Part shown: one piece after another, positions 28,830-38,432 of the stretch | Layout: the number at the start of each line of letters is the position of its first letter | How positions within the stretch are numbered: position 1 is the first letter of the stretch | Source: Paludibacteraceae bacterium | GTDB lineage: Bacteria > Bacteroidota > Bacteroidia > Bacteroidales > Paludibacteraceae | Reading direction: 5' to 3' | DNA length: 64,000 bases | Assembly: GCA_017478725.1 (NCBI GenBank) | Contig: JAFVDD010000006.1 | Location: 1,169 to 65,168 of the forward strand | The notes under the pieces: generated by a model | Told to the model about the DNA's origin: nothing | What the model saw: only the letters and a program-made list of their open reading frames with translations | Database searches by the model: none | Program-made: the position numbers and the translations under genes

Positions 28830-30005
28830 CTACTCGTCCCAGCCGATGCCTTTGTATTTGTCGAGATCCCACTCTTCCTCTACCTCATTGAGGTAAATAG
28901 TGTGCTCTTCTTCATCTGATTGCTGAGGACCGTCATCTGAAGGCTCTATCGCTGTGACATCTATCGGCGCATGGCTGATTTCGATGACCTGGTTCTGCTC
29001 CTTGTTGAGTTCCACCCACAGCGCATCTTTGAGCGCGTCGATACCCTCGCCGGATACCGATGAAATCGGGAGAACCGGAATGTCCAGTTCCTTGCTCAAC
29101 CGCTGGCAATCTATCTCAGGAAGCGGATGCCCCTCATCATCTACGCGCGGGATATCTGTCTTGCTGATGGCTAAAATACGTGCCTTGGTGAGCAGTTCCG
29201 GGTTGTATTGCTCCAGTTCGTGCAGCAGGATAGTGTATTCCTTCCGGATATCTTCGCTCGTTGCCGGCACCATAAACAGCAGCACCGCGTTCCGCTCAAT
29301 GTGCCTGAGGAACCGCAGGCCTAAACCCTTGCCTTCGCTGGCACCCTCTATGATTCCCGGAATGTCCGCCATGCAGAAGGAACGGCCGTCGCGATAAGAG
29401 ACAATACCCAACTGCGGCGTCAGCGTAGTGAACGGATAGTCGGCTATCTCAGGCTTGGCGGCGGATACCACACTCAGCAGAGTCGATTTGCCGGCATTCG
29501 GGAAACCTACCAGTCCTACGTCGGCCAATACTTTGAGCTGCATGATTACTGTCCGCTCTTGTGCCGGTTCACCCGGTTGGGCATAACGCGGAGCCTGATT
29601 GGTTGCTGTACGGAAATGCCAGTTGCCCAAGCCTCCGCGGCCGCCCTTGAGCAGTACCACGCGCTCGTCGTGCTCCTTCACCTCGCAGATATATTCGCCC
29701 GTCTCGCCGTCGTAAACCACTGTACCGCAAGGTACTTCGATAATCTTGTCCTCGCCGTCTTTTCCGAACGAACGGCTCTGACCGCCTTTGCCGCCATCGG
29801 TAGCCATAATGTGTTTCTGGTACTTCAGGTGCAGCAGCGTCCATAGGTTGCGGTTGCCATGCAGGATGATCGACCCGCCTTTGCCTCCGTCGCCGCCGTC
29901 AGGACCGCCTTTGGGCAGATACTTGGCGCGATGAAGGTGCATACAACCTGCGCCGCCCTTGCCCGAGCGGCAGTAGATCTTCACGTAGTCGATGAAATTG
30001 GTCAT
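28830..30005 (-). CDS. obg: GTPase Obg
   Basis: The start was trimmed to the ATG at 30003-30005 ([11 protein letters not shown]...). The product has a Gly-rich Obg fold ([14 protein letters not shown]) and G1 GFPNAGKST. Confidence 0.9.
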   Translation of the reverse strand: MTNFIDYVKIYCRSGKGGAGCMHLHRAKYLPKGGPDGGDGGKGGSIILHGNRNLWTLLHLKYQKHIMATDGGKGGQSRSFGKDGEDKIIEVPCGTVVYDGETGEYICEVKEHDERVVLLKGGRGGLGNWHFRTATNQAPRYAQPGEPAQERTVIMQLKVLADVGLVGFPNAGKSTLLSVVSAAKPEIADYPFTTLTPQLGIVSYRDGRSFCMADIPGIIEGASEGKGLGLRFLRHIERNAVLLFMVPATSEDIRKEYTILLHELEQYNPELLTKARILAISKTDIPRVDDEGHPLPEIDCQRLSKELDIPVLPISSVSGEGIDALKDALWVELNKEQNQVIEISHAPIDVTAIEPSDDGPQQSDEEEHTIYLNEVEEEWDLDKYKGIGWDE

Positions 30006-30033
30006 GGAGATGTACGATTTGACGATGTGCGGT

Positions 30034-30600
30034 TTATTTATCCAGAATGCGCTCGATCTGCAGGAACACATCTTCCACTCCGTGGTTGCCGTTTACAGCC
30101 ACGTAGTTGCCATGGTGCAGATAATAATGGGCGATAGGTTCTGTTTGGTTGTGATAGACGGCTATGCGGTGACGGATGGTATTCAGATTGTCATCTGCGC
30201 GACCGCTCACTTTGCCGCGCTCTATCAGTCGCTGAATAAGCAACTGCTCATCTACCAGCAGGTCAATCATCACGGCGTCCATGCCGTATTTTTTGAGCAA
30301 CTCAGTAAGTGATTCGGCTTGCGCCACCGTACGGGGATAACCGTCAAAAATAGTTCCCTTGCAGTCTCCGGGTAGCGAGGAGATATAGTTCTCTATCACG
30401 CCGTACATCATATCATCCGGCACCAGGTTGCCCTGCGAAATCAGGGCGTCGATCTGTTTGCCCAGTTCGCTGCCTTTGGCTATTTCCGCACGCAGCACAT
30501 CACCCGTCGAGAGGTGTTGCAAACCATACTTTTTTACAATCAGTTCCGATTGGGTGCCTTTGCCGCTTCCCGGCGCACCGCACAAAATAATATTCAGCAT
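30034..30600 (-). CDS. adk: adenylate kinase
   Basis: 188 aa with the P-loop [10 protein letters not shown]. Confidence 0.93.
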   Translation of the reverse strand: MLNIILCGAPGSGKGTQSELIVKKYGLQHLSTGDVLRAEIAKGSELGKQIDALISQGNLVPDDMMYGVIENYISSLPGDCKGTIFDGYPRTVAQAESLTELLKKYGMDAVMIDLLVDEQLLIQRLIERGKVSGRADDNLNTIRHRIAVYHNQTEPIAHYYLHHGNYVAVNGNHGVEDVFLQIERILDK

Positions 30601-30684
30601 ATGTTAATGTACATAGGGACGATGTACCATGTACGAAGAATGTCCCAATTTAAAATAAACAGACTTATAAAATCAACAGACGCA

Positions 30685-30718
30685 AAACGAGTTGCCCGTT
30701 TTGCAGAGCAACTCGTTT
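30685..30718 (-). terminator. hairpin terminator downstream of hup
   Basis: The 11-bp stem is aaacgagttgc / gcaactcgttt. The T-tract on the minus strand is only moderate. Confidence 0.5.
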
Positions 30719-30737
30719 GTGAAGCTACATTGCCTGA

Positions 30738-31001
30738 TTAGAGAGCAAGTTTAGCACCTACTTTAGCCTTAACGACCTTCTTTGCAGGTACGTTTACAAC
30801 CTCACCGGTACGCGGGTTTTTAGCCTTGCGGGCCGGACGCTGTGCCGGAGCGAGGGTCAGATAACCAACGAGCTGTACGCTCTCACCTTTCTTAACTGCC
30901 TCAACTGCTGCCTCAAGAGCTGCGTCAAGAACCTTAGCTGCCTCAGCTTTGCTAACCTGAGCCTTAGCTGCTACTGCTTCAATAAGACCTTGTTTGTTCA
31001 T
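30738..31001 (-). CDS. hup: HU family DNA-binding protein
   Basis: 87 aa. It begins MNKQGLIEAVA and has the beta-arm RPARKAKNPRTGEVVNVPAKKV. Confidence 0.9.
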   Translation of the reverse strand: MNKQGLIEAVAAKAQVSKAEAAKVLDAALEAAVEAVKKGESVQLVGYLTLAPAQRPARKAKNPRTGEVVNVPAKKVVKAKVGAKLAL

Positions 31002-31066
31002 AATCCTAAGATGTTTTGAAATTATTAATAATAATGATTGATTGGTTTCAATCCCAAAATCGACGA

Positions 31067-31074
31067 CAAAGTTA
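31067..31074 (-). promoter_or_regulatory. -7 box TAACTTTG for hup
   Basis: The plus strand reads CAAAGTTA, 66 nt upstream of the ATG at 31001. Confidence 0.5.
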
Positions 31075-31190
31075 CAAAATTTTATTTAATCTGCAAATAT
31101 TTTTTTCAAAAAAATGCGCTTTTTACTGAAAAATACTGTATTTTTGGTTAAAATGTACACTTTTTGTTCGCTTATATCAAAGAAAAGTAG

Positions 31191-31198
31191 TACTTTTG
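31191..31198 (+). promoter_or_regulatory. -7 box TACTTTTG, implying a near-leaderless rhomboid mRNA
   Basis: TAnnTTTG match ending 9 nt before the ATG at 31207. Confidence 0.45.
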
Positions 31199-31206
31199 CA
31201 CCTGTT

Positions 31207-31977
31207 ATGAGAAATTTACCTCCGGTTACACGCTATCTCTTGATAGCCAATTTTGTGATTTATTTGCTGGCTGATATATTTCAGCGTTATGGCGTTGATC
31301 TGAACTTCCTGTGCGGTCTGCATTTCGTTTCTGCGCCTACGTTTCATTGGTGGCAGCCGTTCACCTATATGTTTTTGCATGCCAATCTCGGCCATATTTT
31401 CTGCAACATGTTTGCTGTATGGATGTTCGGACCGATGATAGAGAACGAATGGGGTCAGCGCCGTTATCTGATTTACTATCTGGTCTGCGGTCTCGGAGCC
31501 GCGATAGTGCAGGAGGCGGTATGGTCGTTGATGCTGACGGAAATGGGTACGCACTATAGTGCTGCGGCCTTGGAGCAATACGCGGCGGCGCTGAACACAA
31601 TCGGTGCTTCCGGAGCCGTATTCGGTATCCTGTTTGCTTTCGGGTGGCTCTATCCGGATGTGCCGCTGTATATACTCTTTATTCCTGTTCCTATTCGCGC
31701 ACGCGTGTTCGTTATATTGTATGCAGCGTTCGAACTCTTTGCCGGTCTGGGCTCGGTTGCAGGCTTTGCGGCAGACAATGTGGCGCATTTTGCCCATCTG
31801 GGAGGAATGCTGTTCGGCTGGCTGCTCATCCTGTGGTGGCGCAAGCATGACTGGCGGGAGCCGCGGCTGCCGGAGTGGCTGGTACGCCTGTTCAAAGGCA
31901 AAGACAACCACACGCGTCTTGACAGCACCGGCAACAACCGTTTCGGCGGATACCACTATCATAAAGGGGAAAGGTGA
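31207..31977 (+). CDS. rhomboid family intramembrane serine protease
   Basis: The start was trimmed to the ATG at 31207 because the promoter box lies inside the longer track ORF. The motifs are HANLGH, GASGAVFG (catalytic Ser) and HFAHLGGMLFG (His). Confidence 0.85.
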   Translation: MRNLPPVTRYLLIANFVIYLLADIFQRYGVDLNFLCGLHFVSAPTFHWWQPFTYMFLHANLGHIFCNMFAVWMFGPMIENEWGQRRYLIYYLVCGLGAAIVQEAVWSLMLTEMGTHYSAAALEQYAAALNTIGASGAVFGILFAFGWLYPDVPLYILFIPVPIRARVFVILYAAFELFAGLGSVAGFAADNVAHFAHLGGMLFGWLLILWWRKHDWREPRLPEWLVRLFKGKDNHTRLDSTGNNRFGGYHYHKGER

Positions 31978-32010
31978 GAAGAAGTACGAAGGTACGATGT
32001 GCGAAAGGCA

Positions 32011-32931
32011 TTACCACACTAATGTGGCTGCTACCGGCCGGTGATCCGAGCCGGTAGCTTCTTTTATGATCCTGCAATCGGCAGGAACAAGGCTCTTGGA
32101 ACAGAGAATATAATCGATGTGTACGCCCAAGCCGCGTTTCTTGCAGGTCGTGCCCCACTGTCCCCAGGAGGTCTCTGCCCAGGCGTCACGCAGACCGTGG
32201 CTCAGCTTGAGATAGGTGTAACTCATAGGTGTGGAATTGAAATCTCCCACTACAATCACGGGGTAAGGGCTGGCGTCTATCTCTTTGCGTACGATGCGTG
32301 CCTGCTCGCGTCGCAAAGGGCGCGCGCGTTTCCATTTCTTCTCCAGTTTCTGTGCCGACGAGCGCACGCCTTCGTAATTGCGCATCTGTTCCGCTTCGGC
32401 TATATCCTCCGCTTTGAAACTGTATGACTCCAAGTGGTTGTTGAAGAGGCGGAGAGTGTCGGTTCCTACCACTATGTCGCAGCGGTTGGAGAGGTTGCCG
32501 CGGGTAGCGTAATGGATGGACTGTTTGTGGATAAGCGGGTATTTGCTCCACACCATTGTGCCGAACTGGTGCCGGCTGTCGTATTGCGAGAAATCCAGGT
32601 AGGAATACTTGTATTGGCGGCTCATGATCTCTCTGACCTCCGCCAGAGTCAGCCAGCGCGGATTCTTATATACATCCACTTCCTGCAAACATACGACATC
32701 CGCATCCTGTGCAGCCAGGTATTTCAGCACATCATTCTCCGCCGGCTTTTTATAGCGGCTCATGGCGTTGGTGTTCCACGTCAGTACCGTCAGCTGGTGC
32801 GGTTTGTCGGCCAGCTCTGCCTCGGTAGGGGTACTGCCGTGGCTGAACATCAGCCATACGCATCCGCCTACTGCCGCCAGCAGCAGCAAATGGACCACAC
32901 GCCGGAATATATGTCCTCTATTCCCTTTCAC
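32011..32931 (-). CDS. endonuclease/exonuclease/phosphatase (EEP) family protein, membrane-anchored
   Basis: 306 aa. The start codon at 32929-32931 is GTG. The product has an N-terminal TM helix, LTVLTWN, CLQEV and a terminal GSDHRPV motif. Confidence 0.75.
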   Translation of the reverse strand: MKGNRGHIFRRVVHLLLLAAVGGCVWLMFSHGSTPTEAELADKPHQLTVLTWNTNAMSRYKKPAENDVLKYLAAQDADVVCLQEVDVYKNPRWLTLAEVREIMSRQYKYSYLDFSQYDSRHQFGTMVWSKYPLIHKQSIHYATRGNLSNRCDIVVGTDTLRLFNNHLESYSFKAEDIAEAEQMRNYEGVRSSAQKLEKKWKRARPLRREQARIVRKEIDASPYPVIVVGDFNSTPMSYTYLKLSHGLRDAWAETSWGQWGTTCKKRGLGVHIDYILCSKSLVPADCRIIKEATGSDHRPVAATLVW

Positions 32932-32948
32932 CTTTCACTTTTCACCTT

Positions 32949-34532
32949 TCAGTTCCCTTTCGGCACCATAGTGACCAGAGGAATCACCATTTCCTCCAGC
33001 GATATACCGCCGTGCTGGAAAGTGTTGCGGTAGTATTGCGCATAGTAATTGAACTGGTTGGGGTAGGCGAAGAAATCGCTGCCGGTGCAGAACATATAAC
33101 TGCTGCTCACGTTCGGGCAGGGCAGTCCTACGCGTTTCGGCTGCTCGACAGTCATCACGCTTTTGCTGTTGCAGTTGAGCGCTTTGCCTACCTTGTAGCG
33201 GATATTGGTGTTGGTGTTTTTGTCGGCGATGATTTGTACGGCATTCTTCACGCGGGTGGTGCCGTGGTCGGTGGTCAGCACCAGTGTGTAGCCCGACTCG
33301 GCGGCGCGTTTCAGCAGGTTGTAGGTGGGCGAGTGTCTGAACCAGCTCAGTGTCAGACTGCGGTAGGCCGCTTCATCGTTAGCCAGCTCGCGCATCATCT
33401 TGCTCTCCGTCCGCGAGTGGGAAAGCATGTCGATGAAATTGAGCACGACGATATTGAGCGGAGTCTTGGTGCCTTTGAGTTGCGCAATGACGCGTTCGCA
33501 GAAATCGCTTTCGTTGACTTTCCAATAGGTGAAGGTCTCGCGCCGGCGGTAGCGGTCCAGAAGTGTTTGTACGAGTTCTTTTTCGTATTGGTTCTTGCTC
33601 TCCTCATCGCCTTCCTCCACCCAGTATTGCGGATACATCTCCTGTATCTGCAGCGGCAGCAGACCCGAGAAAATAGCGTTACGGGCATATTGTGTGGCGG
33701 TAGGCAGGATGGACATATACTGTTCTTCCTGACGGATGGTATAAAACTCGCTCAGCAGCGGCTGGATGGTTTTCCACTGGTCGTAACGGAAATTGTCAAT
33801 CACGCACAGCAGCACTTTCTCCCCTTTGTCGAGAAGAGGGAATACCGAGTGCTTCATCACGTTGTGCGACAGGATGATGTCGCCGGAATTATCCCCTTTC
33901 GGCTTTGGGTTTTCCACCAAGGAGACATAGTTTTTCTGCACCCATTTGCCGAAGGCGGCATTGGCCTGTGCGCGCTGGTCTTCCAGCATGGACCGCATGG
34001 GTGAGTTCTCCAACTCGATATCCCAGTGGCTGAGTGTCCGCTCTACGGCTTTCCATTCGTCAAACGTGGCGGCGGTGTCTATCATATACGATATATCGCT
34101 CCATTCCTGGCGGTAGTTGTCGCGTGCGTGCTCGCTCACAATGGCCTGCTGATGGATATGTTTTTTCAGGCACAGCAGTATCTGGTTGGGATTGACGGGC
34201 TTGATCAGGTAATCGGCTATTTTCTCGCCGATAGCCTCCTCCATGATATGCTCTTCCTCGCTCTTGGTGATCATCACAACCGGCACTTCCGGCCGCAGTC
34301 GCTTGATCTCCTGCAGTGTCTCCAGACCCGTGAGACCGGGCATGTTCTCGTCCAGAAAAACGATGTCTATCGCATCGCTCTCTCCGTGTGGCTCCCCTGC
34401 TCCGGTTCGGAAACGGTCCAGAGCATCGCGGCCGTTGGTGGCGGTCACCACTTCATAACCTTTGTTGTTCAGATAAATGATGTATGGTTGCAACAAATCT
34501 ATTTCGTCATCAACCCAAAGTATTTGGCTCAT
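32949..34532 (-). CDS. porX: response regulator with a PglZ/alkaline-phosphatase-like domain (PorX family)
   Basis: 527 aa with a receiver domain (ILWVDDE ... FLDENMPGLTG ... KP) fused to a PglZ-type domain (LNFIDMLSH, TTDHGT). The family name is from memory. Confidence 0.7.
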   Translation of the reverse strand: MSQILWVDDEIDLLQPYIIYLNNKGYEVVTATNGRDALDRFRTGAGEPHGESDAIDIVFLDENMPGLTGLETLQEIKRLRPEVPVVMITKSEEEHIMEEAIGEKIADYLIKPVNPNQILLCLKKHIHQQAIVSEHARDNYRQEWSDISYMIDTAATFDEWKAVERTLSHWDIELENSPMRSMLEDQRAQANAAFGKWVQKNYVSLVENPKPKGDNSGDIILSHNVMKHSVFPLLDKGEKVLLCVIDNFRYDQWKTIQPLLSEFYTIRQEEQYMSILPTATQYARNAIFSGLLPLQIQEMYPQYWVEEGDEESKNQYEKELVQTLLDRYRRRETFTYWKVNESDFCERVIAQLKGTKTPLNIVVLNFIDMLSHSRTESKMMRELANDEAAYRSLTLSWFRHSPTYNLLKRAAESGYTLVLTTDHGTTRVKNAVQIIADKNTNTNIRYKVGKALNCNSKSVMTVEQPKRVGLPCPNVSSSYMFCTGSDFFAYPNQFNYYAQYYRNTFQHGGISLEEMVIPLVTMVPKGN

Positions 34533-35589
34533 AGTTTCTCCATTTGTTTATCAGGTTAGCCATGTCTTCCGGCCATTCGCTGTCAAAAAACATGCGTTCG
34601 CCGGTGCGCGGATGGGTGAACCCCAATGTGCGTGCGTGCAACACCTGGCGCGGACACAGCGCAAAACAGTTTTCTATGTATTGTTTGTATTTCTGGGTGC
34701 GCAGACCTTTCAGTATCTCCATTCCTCCGTATTTCTCATCGGCAAAGAGGGGATGCCCGATATGTTTCATATGTACACGGATCTGGTGGGTCCGTCCGGT
34801 CTCCAGCTTGCACTCCACAAGCGTCACGTACGGGAAACGCTCCAGCACCCGCCAGTGGGTCACCGCCTCTTTGGCCTGCGGACATTCCTCGGGATCCCAG
34901 ACGCGGTAGATGGTGCGGTCGCGGTTGTCGCGGGCCAAAGCACCTACAATCGTGCCGCTGTCCTCCTTGAATGTCCCCCAGACCAGAGCGTTGTAAGTCC
35001 GCTCGGTGGTGTGGTCGAAGAACTGTTTGCCCAGGTTGGCTTTCGCCTCCGGCGTTTTGGCGATCAGCAGCAGTCCGCTGGTGTCCTTGTCAATGCGGTG
35101 AACAAGACCTATGGACGGATCATTCATGTCAATCTGACTACTGAAGGCGGATGGCTGAGAGCTCTCTTTTTCAAAATGCCATGCGAGCGCGTGCAGCAAG
35201 GTGTGCTCGTAATTGCCGTGACCGGGGTGAACCACCAAGCCTGCGTTTTTGTTGACTACCAGCAGGTCCTCGTCCTCGTAAACGATATGGAGCGGTATGT
35301 TCTCCGGCGTGATGGTGTAGTCGTGCGGTTCGTGGTCCAGCAGCACCTGGACTACATCGCCGGGCTTGACTTTGTAGCTGGCGGCTACGGGTTTGCCGTT
35401 CACCCACACATTGCCGGCGTCCGCAGCCGTCTGGATACGGTTGCGGCTGGTGTTGGTCATATGCTCGGCAAGGTATTTGTCAACCCGCACTTTGCCCTGA
35501 CCCTTATCTACCTCACACCGCCAGCGCTCCCATATGTCTTCATTCGTCCATTCGTCCATTAGAACATTCGCCTTTCGCCGTTCGTCCAT
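34510..35589 (-). CDS. rluD: RluA-family 23S rRNA pseudouridine synthase (RluD-like)
   Basis: The track start is a TTG; the first ATG is at 35587-35589, in a TAATG overlap with the upstream stop. The product has an S4 domain and the catalytic HRIDKDTSGLLL motif. Confidence 0.85.
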   Translation of the reverse strand: MDERRKANVLMDEWTNEDIWERWRCEVDKGQGKVRVDKYLAEHMTNTSRNRIQTAADAGNVWVNGKPVAASYKVKPGDVVQVLLDHEPHDYTITPENIPLHIVYEDEDLLVVNKNAGLVVHPGHGNYEHTLLHALAWHFEKESSQPSAFSSQIDMNDPSIGLVHRIDKDTSGLLLIAKTPEAKANLGKQFFDHTTERTYNALVWGTFKEDSGTIVGALARDNRDRTIYRVWDPEECPQAKEAVTHWRVLERFPYVTLVECKLETGRTHQIRVHMKHIGHPLFADEKYGGMEILKGLRTQKYKQYIENCFALCPRQVLHARTLGFTHPRTGERMFFDSEWPEDMANLINKWRNYEPNTLG

Positions 35590-35590
35590 T
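35541..35590. repeat. period-8 degenerate array (6 units) forming the 5' end of rluD
   Basis: The units read cattcgtc cattcgtc cattagaa cattcgcc tttcgccg ttcgtcca. They are translated as MDERRKANVLMDEWTNE. Confidence 0.85.
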
Positions 35591-36407
35591 AAAACCAACT
35601 GTCATCTTCGTTGCTGCTGCCGGAGGTGGCTGTTTTCTCAATGTCGGTAGAGAGATAGAGTGTTACGGTCTCGCCTTCGGTCAGTTGTTCTCCTGTTTCG
35701 GGCACCTGGTTATACACATAGGCGGGTATGCTGTCCTGACGCGGTTCGTCGTAATGGGTGGCGCCTACGGTCAGCCGTCTGCTCAGCAGCAAACTTCTGG
35801 CATCCTGCAGTGTCAATCCTACCACATTGGGTACAATCACTTTGTTGGTTCCCTTGCCAAAACCTATTACCAGCCGCACTTTGGTGCCCAGTTCCACCAT
35901 CTCGCCCGGCTGAACACTCTGGCCGTTGGCTTTGACATCGAGTACCAGATCGCGGTAGGCGGAGGGTTCGTATTCATATACGCTGTCCACTCTCAGTCCC
36001 ATTCCGCGGAGGGTGGTCTCCGCCTGACGGTAACTCATGTCCTGCAAGTTCGGCATAGCCACTTTGGGCCGGCCGCTGGCGTTGATGGTTAGATACACCA
36101 CCCGCCCTGCCTTGGCATGACTGTTGCCCTGCGGATCCTGGTCAACAATCGTGCCAAACGGCACTTTGCTGGAATACGTACTGTCCACTATCTGCGTATT
36201 CAGACCCTGGTCATGCAAAATCAGCTCCGCCTGCTCGCGTGTGAGACCTTTTACATCCGCTACCGTAACCTCCACTCCGTGCTGTGTGTAGCCGCGCAGC
36301 CAGATAATCAGGCAGGTCAGTACAATGCCGGCTACTATCACCGCGGCGGCGATATTGGCGATAACAAAATAGGTGTCTTGTTTATCCCAAAATTTCTTTT
36401 TGTCCAT
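35589..36407 (-). CDS. PASTA domain-containing membrane protein
   Basis: 272 aa with an N-terminal TM helix and three PASTA-like repeats (V.V.DV.GLT...A...L). Confidence 0.75.
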   Translation of the reverse strand: MDKKKFWDKQDTYFVIANIAAAVIVAGIVLTCLIIWLRGYTQHGVEVTVADVKGLTREQAELILHDQGLNTQIVDSTYSSKVPFGTIVDQDPQGNSHAKAGRVVYLTINASGRPKVAMPNLQDMSYRQAETTLRGMGLRVDSVYEYEPSAYRDLVLDVKANGQSVQPGEMVELGTKVRLVIGFGKGTNKVIVPNVVGLTLQDARSLLLSRRLTVGATHYDEPRQDSIPAYVYNQVPETGEQLTEGETVTLYLSTDIEKTATSGSSNEDDSWF

Positions 36408-36427
36408 GAATTGTAAAATTTAGTGTG

Positions 36428-36435
36428 CAAAATTA
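36428..36435 (-). promoter_or_regulatory. -7 box TAATTTTG for the PASTA-rluD operon
   Basis: The plus strand reads CAAAATTA, 21 nt upstream of the ATG at 36407, with an A-run upstream on the minus strand. Confidence 0.55.
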
Positions 36436-36467
36436 CTATTTTTTTTGGACATGTGCAAAAAAGTTCG

Positions 36468-36475
36468 TACTTTTG
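36468..36475 (+). promoter_or_regulatory. -7 box TACTTTTG for the Cys-rich lipoprotein gene
   Basis: TAnnTTTG match 64 nt upstream of the ATG at 36539. Confidence 0.55.
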
Positions 36476-36538
36476 CAGTCGATTTTCGCATAAAGGCGGA
36501 GATTTAACGTTTTTAAAGCTTTAAAATGTTTTTTTAGT

Positions 36539-36730
36539 ATGAAGAAAATGCTTCTTATCGTAGCAGTTGCATTCGCTGCAATCAGCTGCTGCGGCAACAA
36601 GGGCGAGCAGAAATGTGCAGAGAAACAGTGCTGCAAAGACAGCGCTGCTGTATGCTGCCAGGCTGACAGTGCTAAATGTTGCGCTGACAGCGTAAAGGCT
36701 TGCTGTGCTGACACTACTCTGGCTGAGTAA
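36539..36730 (+). CDS. 63-aa cysteine-rich small lipoprotein (12 Cys, five CC pairs)
   Basis: It has its own promoter box, a signal peptide with lipobox AISC, and the periodic pattern CC-x6-8-CC. A strong terminator follows directly. The overlapping antisense ORF 36436..36744 has no such signals. Confidence 0.7.
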   Translation: MKKMLLIVAVAFAAISCCGNKGEQKCAEKQCCKDSAAVCCQADSAKCCADSVKACCADTTLAE

Positions 36731-36765
36731 TCCCTGTTGCTCAAATTTTAAGGTACAGAACCTGA

Positions 36766-36797
36766 AAGAAGCGACCCGTTCGGGCCGCTTCTTTTTG
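36766..36797 (+). terminator. rho-independent terminator
   Basis: The stem agaagcgaccc / gggccgcttct has one mismatch and is followed by TTTTT. Confidence 0.75.
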
Positions 36798-36801
36798 TAT
36801 T

Positions 36802-36841
36802 ACTAGTCAGCTAGTCAACTAGTCGGCTAGTCAACTAGTCC
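36802..36841. repeat. period-8 CTAG array (5 x CTAGTCNN)
   Basis: CTAG occurs at 36803, 36811, 36819, 36827 and 36835. The last unit supplies the gpmI stop codon. Confidence 0.95.
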
Positions 36842-38370
36842 TTGATCAGACACCGCCCCGTCATCTCTTCGGGCTGCTCGATACCCATGATATGGCAGAG
36901 CGAGGGTGCCACATCGGCGAGGATGCCGTTCTCCACCCGGGCGTTCTTATGATCGCGGCTGATATAGATGAACGGTACGGGGTTGAGCGAGTGCGCGGTG
37001 TTGGGTGTGCCGTCGGGGTTGATGGCATAGTCGCAGTTGCCGTGGTCGGCGATGACGATAATCTCATAGCCGTTCTCCAGTGCCGCCTCAATCACTTTGT
37101 GCGAGCATTCGTCAATCGTGCGCACAGCCTGCTCGATAGCCGTATAAACGCCGGTGTGCCCTACCATGTCGCCGTTGGCGAAATTGAGGGTGATATAGTC
37201 GAATTTCTGCGTTTGGATAGCCGCTACCAGTGCTTCGGTCACCTCGGGAGCGGACATCTCCGGCTTGAGGTCGTACGTAGGCACTTTGGGGCTGGGGATG
37301 AGGATGCGCTCCTCGCCCGGATACTCAGCCTCGCGGCCGCCGTTGAAGAAGAAAGTCACGTGGGCGAATTTCTCGGTCTCGGCGATGCGCAGCTGTTTCA
37401 TACCCAGACGGCTGACCACTTCGCCCAGCGTGTTCTCTACGTTCTCTTTGGGGAAGAGGATATGCAGGCCGGTGAACGAACTGTCGTACGGCGTCATGCA
37501 GCAGTAGTGCAAGCCCGGGATAGTGTGCATCCCTTGCTCGGGCATGTCTTGTTGCGTGAGTGCGATAGTAATCTCCTTGGCGCGGTCGTTGCGGTAGTTG
37601 AAGAAGATCACTACGTCGCCTTCGGCTATCCGTCCGTCGCAGGTGGCGTTGATGAGCGGCTCCATGAACTCGTCGGTGTCTTTATGCTCCTCGGTGTGGC
37701 GGTCGTAGCAGCCCTGTACGGCGGCTACCATGTCGGTCTCCTGACGTCCTGCGCCGTTCACCAGTTGGTCGTACGCCACTTTGATGCGCTCCCAGCGTTT
37801 GTCACGGTCCATGGCGTAGAATCGTCCGATGATAGAGGCTATGTGTGCGCCGTTGGCGTTGCATACCTGCTGCAGGTCGTTCACAAAACCCTTGCCGCTG
37901 CGCGGATCCGTGTCACGGCCGTCCATGAAACAATGGACGAACGTCCTGTCGGCTATGCCGTACTCTTTGGCGATCTCTACGAGTTTGAACAGATGATCAA
38001 GCGAACTGTGTACGCCGCCGGTGGAGCAGAGCCCCATCAGATGCAGTTTCTTGCCCTGAGCCTGCGCAGCCCGGTAGGCGGCGACAATCTCCGGGTTTTG
38101 CATGATCGAGTTGTCGCGAATCGAGCGGTTGATCTTCACCAGGTCCTGATACACCACGCGGCCGGCACCGATGTTCAGGTGTCCCACTTCGGAGTTGCCC
38201 ATCTGGCCGTCCGGCAGACCTACGTTCTCGCCGCTGGCTTGCAGTTGCGAGTGCGGATATGTCGCCAGCAGCGCGTCCCAATGGGGCGTAGGCGTGCAAT
38301 AAATCACATCCGCTTTGGTTTTATTTCCGATTCCCCATCCGTCGAGAATCATCAGTAATGCTTTACTCAT
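36835..38370 (-). CDS. gpmI: 2,3-bisphosphoglycerate-independent phosphoglycerate mutase
   Basis: 511 aa with the [19 protein letters not shown] and ADHGN motifs. Confidence 0.95.
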   Translation of the reverse strand: MSKALLMILDGWGIGNKTKADVIYCTPTPHWDALLATYPHSQLQASGENVGLPDGQMGNSEVGHLNIGAGRVVYQDLVKINRSIRDNSIMQNPEIVAAYRAAQAQGKKLHLMGLCSTGGVHSSLDHLFKLVEIAKEYGIADRTFVHCFMDGRDTDPRSGKGFVNDLQQVCNANGAHIASIIGRFYAMDRDKRWERIKVAYDQLVNGAGRQETDMVAAVQGCYDRHTEEHKDTDEFMEPLINATCDGRIAEGDVVIFFNYRNDRAKEITIALTQQDMPEQGMHTIPGLHYCCMTPYDSSFTGLHILFPKENVENTLGEVVSRLGMKQLRIAETEKFAHVTFFFNGGREAEYPGEERILIPSPKVPTYDLKPEMSAPEVTEALVAAIQTQKFDYITLNFANGDMVGHTGVYTAIEQAVRTIDECSHKVIEAALENGYEIIVIADHGNCDYAINPDGTPNTAHSLNPVPFIYISRDHKNARVENGILADVAPSLCHIMGIEQPEEMTGRCLIKD

Positions 38371-38432
38371 ATCTATAAATCTTAACAGTTTAACTATTTA
38401 ACGTTTCGATGTATCGAAACCATTTTAACTCT

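Noticed and set aside
36436-36744. 102-aa minus-strand ORF overlapping the Cys-rich gene.
   Set aside because: The promoter box, signal peptide/lipobox and terminator all support the plus-strand 63-aa gene. The minus-strand product is a mirror low-complexity sequence.
36802-36841. CRISPR interpretation of the short tandem arrays here and at the other array loci.
   Set aside because: The units are 7-14 nt and directly abutting, with no unique spacers. The arrays are at most 50 nt long, and no cas genes are present in the window.
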